This document shows, piece by piece, positions 24,101 to 39,134 of a DNA stretch of 54,698 nucleotides. The DNA comes from Seison nebaliae (taxonomy: Eukaryota), in the NCBI GenBank assembly GCA_023231475.1, contig JALJEE010001998.1, positions 1 to 54,698 on the forward strand, read 5' to 3'. Position numbers and translations under genes: made by a program. A model generated the notes under the pieces. That model was not told the origin of the DNA, ran no database searches, and saw only the letters and a program-made list of their open reading frames with translations. Numbering within the stretch: position 1 is the stretch's first letter; each line of letters begins with the position of its first letter.

Positions 24101-27100
24101 ACGAATATCAACAATCGGATCCTGATTGAAATCTTTATCAAATCGATAAGTTGTACTGAAATTGGTCTGAGGTAGAAGTAGTCTATCTTCTAATAATTGT
24201 ATGCTGAAAATATCGATATTATTTTTATCGACTCGGAATATTTTTGCCATAAATATTTTCAATTTATCAATAATACTCAATCGATCTTGTGGCATGGACC
24301 ATCGAGTTTCAATCAATAATTCTGGTGGTAATCCAGAAATACGTAACGATCCAGAATTATATAATAATTCCTTATCGATATTTTGCATAATGACACGAAA
24401 TTCACTTTCCACTTCACCGACTGCTAACCATTTTTTATCAGTTATTCCAACTTTTATTACATATTCCCCAGGTGGTGTGTTCGCTTTCATCAATATAGCT
24501 CCCGGTGCGGATATGTTATTGATGATAATGAAATGTTGTGAGTCAATTTCATTATTAATAAATCGAAATTGTTTGTCAACTAAATCCCAATCATCTCGAT
24601 CTTCCGCATAAGCCGTACCAACAAAACCTTTAAATCCATTGTATTGAGTACGATAAGCCGAACCTCGATAATTGTAAATATGAACAAGTTTTCTCCCGGG
24701 GAAATGTCGTTGATCATTTTCATCACCAATCGTAATACGAATTTTAGTTTTGCGTTTATTAGGCGGATTAGCATTATCACTCAACTCGATAGGTAAATCA
24801 TAATAATGGGAACATGTTGGTTTTGGCGTACAATTTGGATCTTCGCGATCAAACGACATAGCTGATTTAATATCACCGATCGGTTTCTTACCATTCGGTT
24901 TTGTAACATCTAAATAAAAGAATGATTTACTCACATCCGGCCACACATAAGTGACAGATGATGGATCTGATGGATCTTGAGGTTCGAATCGATAACTTTC
25001 ATTTGCAGGAATAATCATGGAAATATCTTTATCAAAATGAATATCATCATTATCTTTCGTTTCGATCGTTTCAACGAGAGTTTTGATATCACTATTCTCG
25101 TAAAGAATTGGAGAATAATGACGGGCTAGTTGCGGTGCAGTATCATCAATATCTTTAATGCGAATCGTTAAAATTGCCTTTCCCGTCAATTGAGGTTGTC
25201 CATGATCTTTAGCGAATATTTGTACGGACATCACTGAATGTTCTTCTCGGTCGATTTTCGATTGGAGAATTATTCGTCCTTCTTCATCAATTCGTAATAA
25301 TCGTCGATAACGTTTCTCCACAAAGAAATCGAATAAACGATTCTCTTCATCACTATCATTATCGATTGCAGAGAATTGGAATAATTCTGTGCCGATTGGC
25401 GTATTTTCATATATCTCAATTTCTTTCATTGATGGTGTAAATATCGGTTCTTCATCATTAAAATCATGGACATTAATATGGACTGTTGTAATGGCTTTTG
25501 GATGTGCAGGATTGGCATCTTTGGCTGATATGGTTAATTTGAATGCTCTTTGATTATCTGGATAATCGAAATTTACTTGACGATCAATTTTAATGATTCC
25601 TGAATTCAAATTTGAATCGGTATCAACTTTAAAATAATTGGATGGACCACAATTCATTGTAAGAGAATTGGACATCGGTTGATCGTTGTAGAAGAAAGAT
25701 AATTGATCATTATAAACAGTTAATTGTTGATCTTGTCCAACACATTCACTTTCTAATGCATATGTTAATCGAGCATTTATTCCAATATCTTCATCTTCAG
25801 CTGTTACTGTAGTGACGATATATTCTTCCGGCATATGTTCTCCAATATGTGCCACAGAACTTTTAATCGTAAATTTCGGTGCTTTATCATTAATATCTGA
25901 TACATATATAGTGAATGGTTTCGTCACTTTCTTCCCCAAACCATCAGTTGCTGATATTTCGATGATATATTTATCAATAATCTCTCGATCCAATGGGGCA
26001 ACATTCAATTTCAATTCTCCACTTTTCGCATCAATCGTAAAAATGTCTTTACCATTTTGCTTCTTATTCTCTACGATTAAAAAACTGATGTCAGCATGAC
26101 CATCTTCATTCGGATCGTCACGATCACTTGCTTTCACTTTCGTTATTACTTGTCCAATTGGTGTATCTTCAGCTACTCGTGCTTTCATTTCACCATGGAA
26201 ATCTGGTGCATTATCATTAATATCTTGAAGATGAACTTTTACTTCACCAACTCCATGTAATGATTCACCACTTCTTCCGCCTTCATCTTTCGCAATAATA
26301 TTAAATGACCAAACTGGTCGTCCTTTAGGTAAATCGCGATCAAGTGGCCGATGTAGTAATATCTCTCCCGTAAATTCGTCAATTGTAAATGTTCCATTAT
26401 TTTCGAAAGGTGTCTCGATAAAATAACGAATATCAGTCGGACGATTACTATCCAAATCCGTCGCCTTTACCGTCAATAAGGATAAAGGCGTATTCTCTTC
26501 TTCTTCCTTTATACTCACCACATAAGGCGATTGAACAAAAAATGGAGCATTATCATTCGTATCTTCAATCTCTATATTGACCACACCCGTACTCTGATGC
26601 AGACCGTCGGATACCATCAATTTTAATTGATAACTTTTCTTCTTTTCATAATCGACTGGTCTCATCACAAACAATTGTCCGAATGTTGGATGAATGCCAA
26701 AGACACTACCCTCATTTCCATCAACAATCGAATAAGTCAAATGAGAAATATGATCATCATCAGTTGCTTGAATTGTTGCTATGTCTTCTCTCAGTTCTGC
26801 ATCTTCTGGAACTTTGTAAATGATGGACGATAAATTTCCGTTGAATTTCGGCACTTTATCATTCTCATCACCGATTGCTATCTTTATCGTAGCCACACCT
26901 TGATTATTAGTATAAGATAACAATCCTTTTCTTAAACGATATGCCGTATAATTAGTTGGTCGTTTCGGTTTGGGTAAATCGGTAGGCGATCCATCAACCG
27001 CCACAATTTGCACATAATAAACATCTCGATGTTCACGATCTAAACGTCGTGTAGTATAAATCTCTCCCGTGTATTTATTGACACGAAAAGCATCAGTGTC

Positions 27101-30100
27101 TGTCAAGAAATATGTGATCTTATTATTTGGAGATGTGATGTCTTTATCCGTCGCCACTATTTGTGTCACATAAGTTCCTGGTAGTTGATTCTCTCTCACT
27201 TGAGCGGTATACGTTGTCGTTTCAAATTGTGGAATATTATCATTTAAATCGATCAATTCGATTGTTAATGTCGTTTTACTGTCGAGTGGATGAAATGCAG
27301 CATTCTGAATTTTCACCGTCAAATTGTACACTCGTTTAACTTCAGCGTCAAGACTTTTATATACCTTTATGTCCGCTATTCTCTTTCCAAAATGATCAGT
27401 ATATGTATGAATATAAAAGCTCTCCGGTGATGGTTTTGGAGATAATTCATAAAAAACGGCATTATTCTCTTTATAGTTCGATAGAGCACGAACGGTAGTG
27501 ACAACGGTATTAATTTCAGCTAATTCAGAAATTCGAAATGTTCTACTGAATCGTTCTAAAGTCTCATTTGTAAAATATGGAGGAGATTCATTTTCTACCG
27601 TCGCCATTGTAATGATTAATGGAATTGCTGTCGATCTTCCACCTCCGTCAATCGCTTCAACTAACATTCGATACTTACGTTGATGACTATTGAGAACTTC
27701 ATATAATCGAACATCACCACTGACTGAATCGATAATGAAAAAATCGACATCTTTCTCATGATATTTATCACTCTTCAAATAATAATTAACACGACCATTA
27801 ATATCAGCATCTGGATCTTTAGCACTTACTCGTAAAAGTGGTCGGGTTGAATTGACGTAAAGATGTTTGTCATGACTCGACAATAAAGCGACAATCTCTT
27901 TGAACATTGGACTGGAAATATGAGCAATATTCTTTTCAATGATATCCGTTTGAAACATTGGGGAATTATCATTCTCATCCGTTATCCTCACTTTTATCGT
28001 ACACAGAGCTGATAATGGCGATTCACCACGATCCGTCGCTTGTACAGTCAAAGTAAATTCACGATCTGATGCAATTTCACGATCAAATGATCTTCGACTG
28101 GAAATCAATCCACTGGTAATATCAATCTCGAAATTCTCATTAAGTTTCGGAACGAAAGCATATTCAATTTCACCATTCTCATCACGATCTACATCCGTCG
28201 CTTTCACTTGTAATACTGGTTGATTTGCCAAATTATTTTCTCGGAGGAAAGTGGGAGTATATGATTCACAATTATCAAATTTCGGTGCATGATCATTCTC
28301 ATCTTTCACCGCAATCCATATATGAGCAATAGTTCGATGAAGACGATTTTTTAATTGAACTCCATTCACTAACTTCTTACAACAAGCACCATCATCTGTC
28401 ATATGTACATCGAACTTATAATCACGTCGACCACCTTCAATTCGACCGTTCTTCTTCACAGTAATAACACCCGACGACTTATCGATGACAAACGGTAAAG
28501 ATCTATCTGTTGAATTGATGGAGAATCTGATATTATCACCATCAGGATCCACCGCTTGAATCGATGTGACGAATGCATGAGGTCTCGCCGTTTCTGCTAT
28601 TTTCACAGGAATTAAACTGTCGGGATATCCGATCAATTTCGGAGGTTGATCGTTTACATTCAGAACATGAATTACTAATCGAAGTGAACTGCTCAATCGT
28701 TCCGGTGTACCATTATCAGTTGCCGTAATTTGAAGACGATAAATTCCATCTTTAATATAATCATAATCTAAAGGTTTTGTTATTCGAATAATAGCGGATG
28801 ATACAACAGCTTGATGTCTCACTGGTTCTCTTGCAACTTTGGTCGTTTGTGGAACTATCTCAAAATTCAACGTATCACTCAATGACCATGAAATTCTTGC
28901 ATTATTTCCTGAATCTCGATCTTCCACACTCACCAAATAAACCTGCTTCCCTATAGGACTATCTTCTGGTATGTTCAATACATGATATTCCGCCACATCA
29001 AATTGAGGAGAATTATCATTCACATCTTTCATCTCGATGGAAAAATGAGAATATGAAGTCAAATGACCACATCCTTTCTGCGTAGCGAATACCCAAACAT
29101 CAAACGAATGGAAATTTGTTTCATAATCGAGTGATTTTATTAAAATAATCTCGCCCGTTTGTCTCGAAATATCGAACCATTCCGATCTCCTCTCTTTCTT
29201 ATCATCACCAAACAATGAATAAGATACACCATATTGACAGAATGGTTTCACTGTCACATTCATCACATTTAAATGTAACGGCGAATTCTCTTCCACTTGT
29301 ATGGGATGGGATAATTTTAAAAATTGTGGTGGTACATCTCCAGGTTTGACATTCAATTTCAATTGAATTTGCTGTTTCTCAATTCCATTCAAATCTTCTG
29401 CGATAACTGTCAATTGAATATAATCATTCGTATGTTCTCCGGTAAATTGAATGATTCCATTCTTGTCATCGATAGCGAATGATGTTACATATCTCGTATC
29501 ATTCACATTAATGATTGAATATCGAATTCTTGGATGTAAATCAACATCTTTCGCTTTCACTCGAAATATCTGATTTGGTAACGCTAATCTCTCTCTCGCC
29601 ATCATATCTAAAGCAGCTGTATAAGGCAATGGTTCCAGTGGCATATCCCATTCTGGTAATTCGTCATTAATATCGATAATTCGAAAAATGAATTTCTTTT
29701 TCAATTGTTTCAACTTTTTCGATTTCATATTCCTTATATCAATACTAAATTTGACTTCTGCCGTTTTCTCTCGATCGAAAGTTTTCTTTACGATAATCTT
29801 TCCCAAATAATTCATTTTCAAATATGAATCTATATCTGGTAATGTATCAGAGAGAAATTGAATTTTCATGGATTCATATGGATTATTGATCAAATTCAAA
29901 TTGACTTCTGCATTCCCTACTAAACCAATGTGTCGTTCATTCACTTTGAATAACTGAACATTATCGTCATGTTGCAATTGGGAAATATCACCGTTTGTAT
30001 CAACTCCAATTTCATCATTAACATTATGAATATCATCATCTTCTTCAATAGATCTTGCACGACGACGTCTTCCAATTTTTGGGATAAAATTGATTTTCTT

Positions 30101-31114
30101 CTCATCACTAAAATTTGAGGAAAAAACGTTCAATTGCAACTGAAATGGAATCGTTATATTGAAAAAGTTCAATTTGTTATTGTGACAATTAAATGAAATA
30201 TCATTTAAATTGTTTGATAATAAAAGCGATTGATTGGCATTAACCAAATTCATTCCCAATTTGAATTGGTAATTTATCCAATCGTCATCATTCTCTTCCA
30301 TCGAATTCAGACAAAGATCAAGATTTTTAAAAAATTCATTAAAACTATCGAATTCGAACGATTTATATAAGAGTTGTCGAGCACTTGACGAAATATGAAA
30401 TTTATTAATTTTCTTTTTCATTTTTAAATTGAGGGTAATAATTGGCAGATCATTTTCTCTATCAAACGAGAAATATTGAAACAATTCATCAAATATTATT
30501 TGTTTTTCTCGTTGTTTTTGTTTTTGTGTTTCGAATTGAACGAAACCGTCAAGCAAAAATGTGAGATAACTTTTGAGGAAATCAATTGGAATATTAATAT
30601 TTTCTGATGATAATTCATCAATGAGAAAATTAAAAGAATTCGATGTTAATTGGAGTATTTGTGAAATCGTTATACGATTCATGTCTGTCAAATTACAATT
30701 AATGTCGTCAATGAAAATTGTTGAAATTTCATTATCAAAAATCAATTTCATACAATTCGTTTGATTTATATGATTATTATTATTAATATTATTATTATTG
30801 TTAAATCTGGATAATGGACAGATGGTAGAATAATTGCAATTCTTATAGATTATATCATAGATTTGTTTGGTGATCTTATCACTTATCATTATCAATTCTC
30901 TTCCCATCAGTATATTATCGAGATTATAATTAAGTTGGAAATTTGAAGCATCTATGTCGATCATTGATAAATCGTTGATCAAATGCTTATTCTCTTCCAT
31001 GAATTCCATAAGACGTTCTTCGTGACGAATTGTTGGTAAGAGCTGTTGGACTAATGCCATCACCGATGATGATAAATAAATTAAGATTAGAAGAGAAATT
31101 TGATAAAGTTTCAT
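20813..31114 (-). CDS. Type III classical cadherin (DN-cadherin-like), 3433 aa, single coding exon
   Basis: Signal peptide, furin-like RRRRAR site and ~16 cadherin repeats (DxNDxxPxF, LDRE, AxDxD). Then a non-chordate domain (YSVHGSPPYKPQKLNG), EGF-LamG-EGF-LamG-EGF and a TM helix. Cytoplasmic tail has juxtamembrane DDVRENF and beta-catenin-binding PPWDSLQEYAYEGEG..SSLSS. Confidence 0.95.
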
Positions 31115-34100
31115 TTTAAAATTGTTCTTTATGAGAAATACTTTGGTTGATTGAATTGTCTCGATTAGTTTATGGCATTATGTTTCGTAAAAATTCCATC
31201 ACTTATTGAAATGAATGAAGCGAATTGTCGATCATTCCACTGACCTGATTCTTCGAGTAACTGAATGAAAAGATGAATAAAGAAAAAACTAAGAAATGGA
31301 ATAAAAGAGAAATTAATTTTCGATTTATTCCATAAACAGATTTATTAACAGAAGCAACACTTCCATTTAATGGATACGATGACAGAAAATAGTTTCGTTT
31401 CAGGAAATAAGGAGAAATGAAGTGACTCGTACCATTCCTCGTCTTTTCTTAAAATACTCATTGCGGTGTATCTTTTCGACGAAAACAAATGTGTAACGTA
31501 TACACAATACAATCAGTTAGTCTTCTGTGAGTCTCCTCAGAGAACCCACATAAGATTTGCTGCCATAAAAAACTAAAAGAATCTCTTCTTTCTTTTTTAG
31601 TTTCGAGGAAGAAATGATAGATTTACGGAAGTCATTTTCTAACCTACAGCACGATATTATACATCGATATAATAAAGAAAACATTATGTGGTAGATAGAG
31701 AGTCAATCTGCGGAATTTGCTTTTCAATTCAACTGACGAACAGTGTACATGTCCCCTAAAAGTTGAGGGAGATGTAGTGGTGTTATCTATGTTCATTAAA
31801 TATGCAAAATGTGAACAATTAATTCGGGAAATGATATAAAATTGCTCTAATAGTGACAAGCAATTTAGTTAAAATGAAAGCGAATGAACTGCTGCAGCCT
31901 GCAGGAAATCCTCCATATGATATCTATCCAGATGAAGTCTTCTAACCAGAAGAATTCTGTTAATGAAAAAACGAAATTTCCGTAATTTTATCAGTACAAT
32001 ATGATTGAAGTAAGACGTTATACATTATGTATGTCATTTCTTTTTCGAAAACAGACAAACATCCATTAGAAGATCATCATTACTTTCGACAGATTCTATC
32101 AACAAATATATTAAAAACCGATTTTTCTAATAAAGAAACGTTTTCATAAAACAACATTTATCTTTTATCGCCTTCTTTTGATGAATTCATCAGTAATTAT
32201 TGTAATGAATTTCCAAAATTTCTCTTGTAAAACTTCTGTAAAAACCTTTTTAAAAAGATTTCTTATTAATAAAATTCTGTTAAGATTTACATGAATTATT
32301 ATTAATTCCATCTAATATGCCGCATAACTATAATTTTATTCATTATATTACTCGAGAAAGACTCAACAATTTGGTAAATAGAAAGGAATGCTAATGAGGA
32401 AAGGAGAAGATGCAAGGAAAATAACTTCTTCATTCTAACTCTTACTTTGTGAAATTATCTAATAAATAAATTCTTTTAATTGTGTCACATCATCAGAATA
32501 GAACCGACCAATATGTATGTGATGCTTAATTGAAGTGAATTAACATTATTTTTAGACGAAATCACTTAAGAATGAATGAAGACATAACATTCTTTCGAAT
32601 ATGCTAAACATGACACTTTACTTCACATGACGACATTGAAAATGTTGTCTCTATATATTTCATTCTATTCTTCTTCCACCATCATTTTGAAGGAAATGAG
32701 GAGATAAACAATTATGAATTGTCATTAACTAAGTATGTGAGTGGAAAAACAAATGTTGGGGTTGCATTAGATGAATATCGCGCTAAGTCCAAGAAAAAAT
32801 AGATTTATTATTTATCGAAAATTTCCTATTAAATACTACTGAATTTCAAAAGGAATAAATAAATAATAAAAAATTCAATAATATTCGTAAAACGTGAGAA
32901 AACATCCATTTGATTCGATAGTGGATATCTGAATGTCGTTTAATCAATATTTACAAAAGAAAAAAGATTCATTTCATACCCAAACCTCTTGATTTACTAT
33001 AAAAAAAATTCTTTTCATACCAAAAAAATCTCCATTTGGATAATAAAAGAGAAACATGTGAAATTCCTGACATACATATCGGGATAATATTTATATTCGT
33101 CGGTCCTTTGTTTCAGTTTTACCATTTTTCATAATTCTTTAATTACTGATCATTATTCAGCGTTCAAATAAATATTGCCTTTTAACAAAAATTTGATCGA
33201 TAATAAATATAATTTGGAGAGGAAAATTATTGTAATAAAAAAAAACCATAAAATTATCTACCCAATTTCTTTCAAATTTTTCTTATTTATTTTTTTCATT
33301 TTTCTTACAATATAAGACTTATATGTATTATTGGTTATTCTCGTAAAAGAATTCCTTACAAATAACAACTCAACCATAAATACTTCTAAATCAGAATACA
33401 ACAAATAAACAATCTTCATTAGAAACTTAAAATACATAAAACGAAGATTAGTTTGAGAAAAAAACCCTAAAACTAATTTGATTGTTCTTTAAAATGTTAC
33501 GATGAAACGTTCAGATACAATTGTTCAACAACCAAACTTTTCCAGGAGTTTCGTTCGTAGTGAATAATAAGGCTGAACTACAACTCTTAACTACCCCATT
33601 TTAGTGCGTCAACAATGAAATTGTAATGACTATCTTTTACGTAATTTATCACTTCACATTCATAATCAATTTACAAAGTTACCTTATCGTAAAAATGATC
33701 GTTAAAAGAAAGGTAGAAAATCAATAAAGAAAAAAGAAACGGAACATCTCATATCACTAACAAACGGAGTAGTTTTTAAACGAACTTCACAATCATTTTT
33801 CGAAGTATTATTATTGTTGATGAAAAATTTTATAACAACAAAAATGATGTCGATTGAGACTCTTGGATTCTATTCCTTCAACCAAAAGGATTTGGGTTTG
33901 CAGGCATAATTCTCTGTTTTTCTCATTATTATATTATTCTTATGTTGTGGATTATTATCGTTCGTGAAAGGGTGGAATCGTATGTGAAGTCCTTAAAAAG
34001 AATCTGTATATTCTCATCCATCAGTTCCTTTCACCATCACTTTTCATCATTTTTACTGCTATATGTAACGAGATACATTCAACATTTCGATGTACATATG

Positions 34101-35573
34101 TCTGTATCTATTATTTATATTTTTCTCTTTTCTTCGTATGTTGAGCGAATTTTGGTGAATATTCCCTTTTTGGCTGTTCTCTACTGGTACTAAGGTTCAT
34201 TTTATCAACAAGAATCTACTACATTTACGGACATACATCTGGCTGGTTAATTTTGATGTGTAAATAGATGAGAATGGATAAGACCAAATGAACAGAATTT
34301 AAATGATAATATCATTATAGAATATTATAAGAAATTCATTTGTATCAATCAACGAAGTCATATGTAAATGATCGATATCGATTTTTTATTCATGATTTAA
34401 ATGAAAGAAATAATTAATTCTCTCTCGGTGATGGATATTATCAGAGAAACTTTCATTTTTATACTTTCTCTTCTTTCTCACAATTATTATTTCTTATGTG
34501 CTTAACTTCTTCTTTCGTATTATCTCGTGCTCTAGAAAGACTCAAGAACGTACAACACACATTTCACTCGGGAGAAGGAATGACCAATTTAATGAATATA
34601 ATTCACACACACATAGAGAAGAAGAATAGACTGTTGTGGTTATGTAGAGGCAAATCGTTGTTATTTCTCATAAATAAACCTATTTGTCGGTACATGTACG
34701 TTTAATAAAATAGTTTACGTCTAGGTCTACAACCGCAATTTCCTTCCATTTATTCAGTTTAGCGACTTAAACTAGCATTGAGTAAAAGATTGGTAAACAT
34801 CATCCATTCAGCTGGTGGCAAGAGATAAAACTGAATCATATGTTACTCTATTTACTCCAGATACTTATCATATTAAAAATTTTATTGATTTAATTTCCTA
34901 TTAATCAATCTCCATTCTACCAACTAATATATTATCTCTTATTCTCTTCGATAACAATTATATACGACTAGTAGTGCTCAGTACTAGAAGTGCTAGAAAA
35001 TATCAGTACTTGAACTGATTAATGCAAGTGTATATTAAGTCAAAATAAGAAAAAATGTATATGTTTTCAATTTCTATATAAGTTTCGAGTGGAATGTATA
35101 TAATTCTTGATTCTACTTTATGCATCATTCTCAACCATATCCCGTACCATATACGAACCGATTTGCTAAATTCGATTGATTTTTAATTCACCGATACTTC
35201 TCCTATGTTTCCCATAAGTCCTCAATCATATTCTCTCATTAAAAATTGAAGCCTATGAGTTCTGGTATTCTAAAGAGTTTTAACGAATAATAATTTTCTA
35301 AAGTAACACATCCACCAAATAAGTCAATTCTCCTTCAGACAAATCCAATTCTTAATTATCTAAAAAGGAAATTTCAACAAGAAAATTGCTAAATGAAATT
35401 TTATTCAAAAATAAATATTGTGAACAATCTCCCTTAGAATAAGGATTAAAATGAAATAGATATTTCGAGGACGGAAAAAGACAAATGAATAAATTTATAA
35501 AATCAATCTACATATGAAGAATTATTGGAAGAATTGTCAATTTTCTCTCACAAATTTCCAATGATTTCATACA

Positions 35574-37225
35574 CTACAGATCATTTTTCAAACGATCATG
35601 TATTAGATGATCACCAATTCGACTAAGACTTGGATATAGAATGTGTTTCGCTTCTAAAAATTCTTTCATCTCCAACAAATTATCTTTATTAACATCCACC
35701 CTCAGCAATTCTGCGTCTTCTCCATCCAGATTAGACGATTTGCCCGTGAAAACTAATTCCACTTCTCTCTGAATGTTCAGACTACTTAATGGGTCTGCAT
35801 ATTTCTAAATTTGGATTTAATAAACTATTAAGAAATTATTCAATTTGTAACCGTTAATTCTTCCACTGTTGCGTAACCGTCGTTATTTAAATCCATAAAC
35901 TCCTTAAATTCTTTCTTCCTCAAATTTTCATATTTTTGATGGAATTCTCTCATTTGTTCATCGTCGGAATCAAGCATTTCTGAAGGTAATATTGAAAATT
36001 CTTCTAATGATATTCGTCGATCGAGATCTCCGTCTGTGAAGATATAATTCCATAAATTCCATAATTTAACATTTTATTGTGTAAAAGAGATAAAATTATT
36101 AAAATTGGAGGAAATACTCATTAACCGAAAGTATTCAAATGATTCTGTACAAGATGTTTAATGGTTGCTGGTGATTTTTCAGGATGGCGGAACATGATGA
36201 ATTCATTCAATGACAATTCATTGTTAACCGAATCAATATCAGCCTTCGTCCAACGATCAATTAAGTTTTTCAATTCTTCGTTAATTCCTTTCGGTGAGAC
36301 GTTAGTAGGTACAAGACCAAAACTTATTTTTGAAAATGAACCGTCAGTTCCTCTTTGAGAATAAAGGAATTCATTGGACGGAACATAAGGAATATTATGA
36401 TATGCCAAAAATAGAGCATAATATTCAGTCCATTTGAGAGAACCTTTAAATTGACGTTATATTCAAACAATTAATATCATCGATAAACCATCATGATCTA
36501 AATCGAGTAATTTGAATAGTTTTTTCGATTCATTCACCGCTTGTGACATATGTTCAGTTACACGTGTTCGGAACCAGATCTATTACTTGAATTATAGTTT
36601 AGAAAATTAACATTGAAAATAAACAGCTAATTCATCTCGATCAATACGTTTATCATCATTTAAATCGATTTTTGGAAAGATCAATCTCAGAAATTTAGTG
36701 ATCACTTCATCCGAAACTTTATTATGTTCATGTTCGATATTTTCATGATCACCAAGAAATATCTTTCGAAATGTTATTCTAAATAAAATTGAGAAGATAG
36801 AAAGAAAACTTCTCGATGAACTTCATGATTGATATCTCCGTCAAGTTCTAATCTCGATCCTTCTAAGTGATCTGGAGATTTGAAGATTAACGTTTTATTG
36901 TAATTTTTAAGTACTTCTTTCGCTTTCTCCACATAATCTAAAATGAAAAAATCTTCAAAGTTTTAATGATGAAAATTTTAAAAAACCGGTCACAGTTTTC
37001 TTCTCCTTTTCTAGACGATCTTTTAATGAAATTTTCTCTTGCATCATTTCATCACGAATCTTCTTGACGAATTTTCCGATGATTTTAATTTGTAAATATA
37101 AAAAAATTAACAAAGTTTTGAGGTAAAACGTCTGGTCTGTCATGTTGGGCGTTGGGAAGTACGTGAAGTTGAATGAAAGACAATTTGAGAAGGATGACGA
37201 AACAAGAATATATTTTTATTTTCAT
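35574..37225 (-). CDS. SDF4: 45 kDa calcium-binding protein Cab45 (CREC family EF-hand), ~425 aa, 8 exons
   Basis: Signal peptide; PDHLEGSRLELDGDINHEVHREIFLG matches SDF4 PDHLNGVKLEMDGHLN..HQEVFLG; multiple EF hands; EFIMFRHPE; C-terminal KNDL. Introns: 37063-37111 (NAGNAG alternative at 37060), 36938-36986, 36763-36809, 36580-36624, 36444-36488, 36034-36125, 35805-35851. Spliced length is a multiple of 3. Confidence 0.88.
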
Positions 37226-37613
37226 ATTATACTTCAAGTCATTTGGATCGATATTTCTAGGTTGAAATTGATTGAAGCTATAGTTTCAAATGGAGAATCG
37301 TAACTTAATCTATTTTATTGAAATTATAAAAATTATTCATAATTGAAGTTAAATTGTAGGATTTAATATATAATTAATATGTGACCGATTTATTTTTATT
37401 ATATATTTTTCCTTAAAATGAAAATTTCGTCTTAATCTTTTATGAGCGAAAATTTTTGCGCAATCTTTCAAATTTAAAGCTTTATAATTTGATGATCTGA
37501 AAGGAAATTTATTAATCATAGCTAATTTTTTTGAATAATAAAAATAACAAAATAAACATTGAACATATTTTCTTCACTTTAAGTCTAATTTAATTCATAA
37601 CTCTCTTATCAAA
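37226..37613. promoter_or_regulatory. Likely bidirectional promoter between SDF4 (-) and IST1 (+)
   Basis: Head-to-head start codons separated by only 388 bp. Confidence 0.55.
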
Positions 37614-38798
37614 ATGTTCCGAAGTGGCCCAAATTATGATAAATTGAAATCGAATTTACGTTTGGCAATGAATCGATTCAAATTGATGGAGAAAAAGAAA
37701 AGTGATTTATTATAATAATTTCAAACTTAATTAAATTTTCCAATTATCTAATGAAAAAAGCTGAACAGAATTTGAAAGCGAGAAAAGAAATTTCTGAATA
37801 TTTGAAACAGAATAAAGGCGACCGAGCTCGTGTTCGTGTTGAACATATAATTCGAGAAGATTATGTAGTGGAGGCGTATGAGATCCTAGAAATGTATTGT
37901 GATTTATTGTTGGCACGATTTGGATTAATACAAAATATGAAGTTTCTATTTGTTTTTTCATTATGAAAGTTTTAATGGAAATTGTTTTTTTAAAGAGAAG
38001 TTGATCCATCAATTGAAGAGGCAATATCATCATTAATTTGGTGTGCTCCAAGAATTTTTACAGAAATTGACGAAATAAAACATGTTGAATAATTTTCTAT
38101 TTTTGTTAGACAATTATTAATTTTTCATCAGATATCCGATATATTCACAAAGAAATATGGAAAGGAATATGTGGAAGAAGCGTTAGAAAGAAAGAATGTT
38201 AACGAGAAAGTATGGCAACGTCTGAGTTTGGGACCACCAAGCAAAGTGTTAGTGGAACAATATTTAATTGAAATTGCGAAATCATATAACGTTCCATTCG
38301 AACCTGATGCAAATGTAATGATGGTTTGATGTGATGATTTAATAATATAATATCTCTCATATCATATAGGCAGCGAGAAGTAACATGTTAAGTTTCATCA
38401 ATTTCGATGCGAATGATGGAAATGAAAAGCGAATGCCAACGATTAGTAATCCAAATTCACAAAATTTAATTGATATGAATGATATGAAGAACAACACTCT
38501 TATTCCTCCAACATTTAATATAAATGCATCCGTCAATTCGAAAGAACAAGAAGCAATCAATTCAGCCAAACAACAACCAGCAAATCCGAACGAGAAAAAT
38601 GATGAAACTGAACCATCAAAGAATGATATTCCCACTTATAATGATGTCATTGCATCTGCACCAAATGATGATTTCGCTTTGCCTTCAGTTCCAACCAATG
38701 ACCATTTAAGTCATACGTCAAATTCGGATGATAAACCGGTCGATGATTTCGATGATTTGACGAAGAGATTTGAAGCGTTAAGACGAAACAATTTGTAA
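37614..38798 (+). CDS. IST1: IST1 (ESCRT-III-associated), 325 aa, 5 exons
   Basis: RARVRVEHIIREDYVVEAYEILEMYCDLLLARFGLIQ; C-terminal FALPSVP and MIM1-type DDFDDLTKRFEALRR. Introns: 37702-37760, 37942-37995, 38084-38131, 38324-38369. Confidence 0.95.
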
Positions 38799-39134
38799 AA
38801 AATTAAAAAAAAAAATTTACAAATAATTTTCTAACAGTAAGTTTAAAATCTAAAGAAATGCTTTCCTTTTACAACTTCTTTTTCTTTCTATGAATAATTA
38901 AGAATAAAAAATTTTTAAATGGAAAAATAACAAGTGTGAAATTTTGAAGAATTTGAATAGAAAATTTGAAAAATTTTTCACCAATAAAACAAACAAAGTA
39001 ATTGAACTTAGAATTTGAAAATGAAGAAATTTGTAAAATTGAAAAAAAGAAAAATTGAATAAAGAAATTTATTTGAATTTTCCCATTTTATTTCGTTCAC
39101 GTTGACTGCATATCAATCTGAATCGATTTAAAAT

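Noticed and set aside
31115..35570. Short ORFs in the 4.4-kb region upstream of the cadherin (similarly 5.7-11.2 kb and 48.7-50.8 kb)
   Set aside because: No recognisable motifs and no spliceable continuous frame. Most likely UTR, intron or regulatory DNA.
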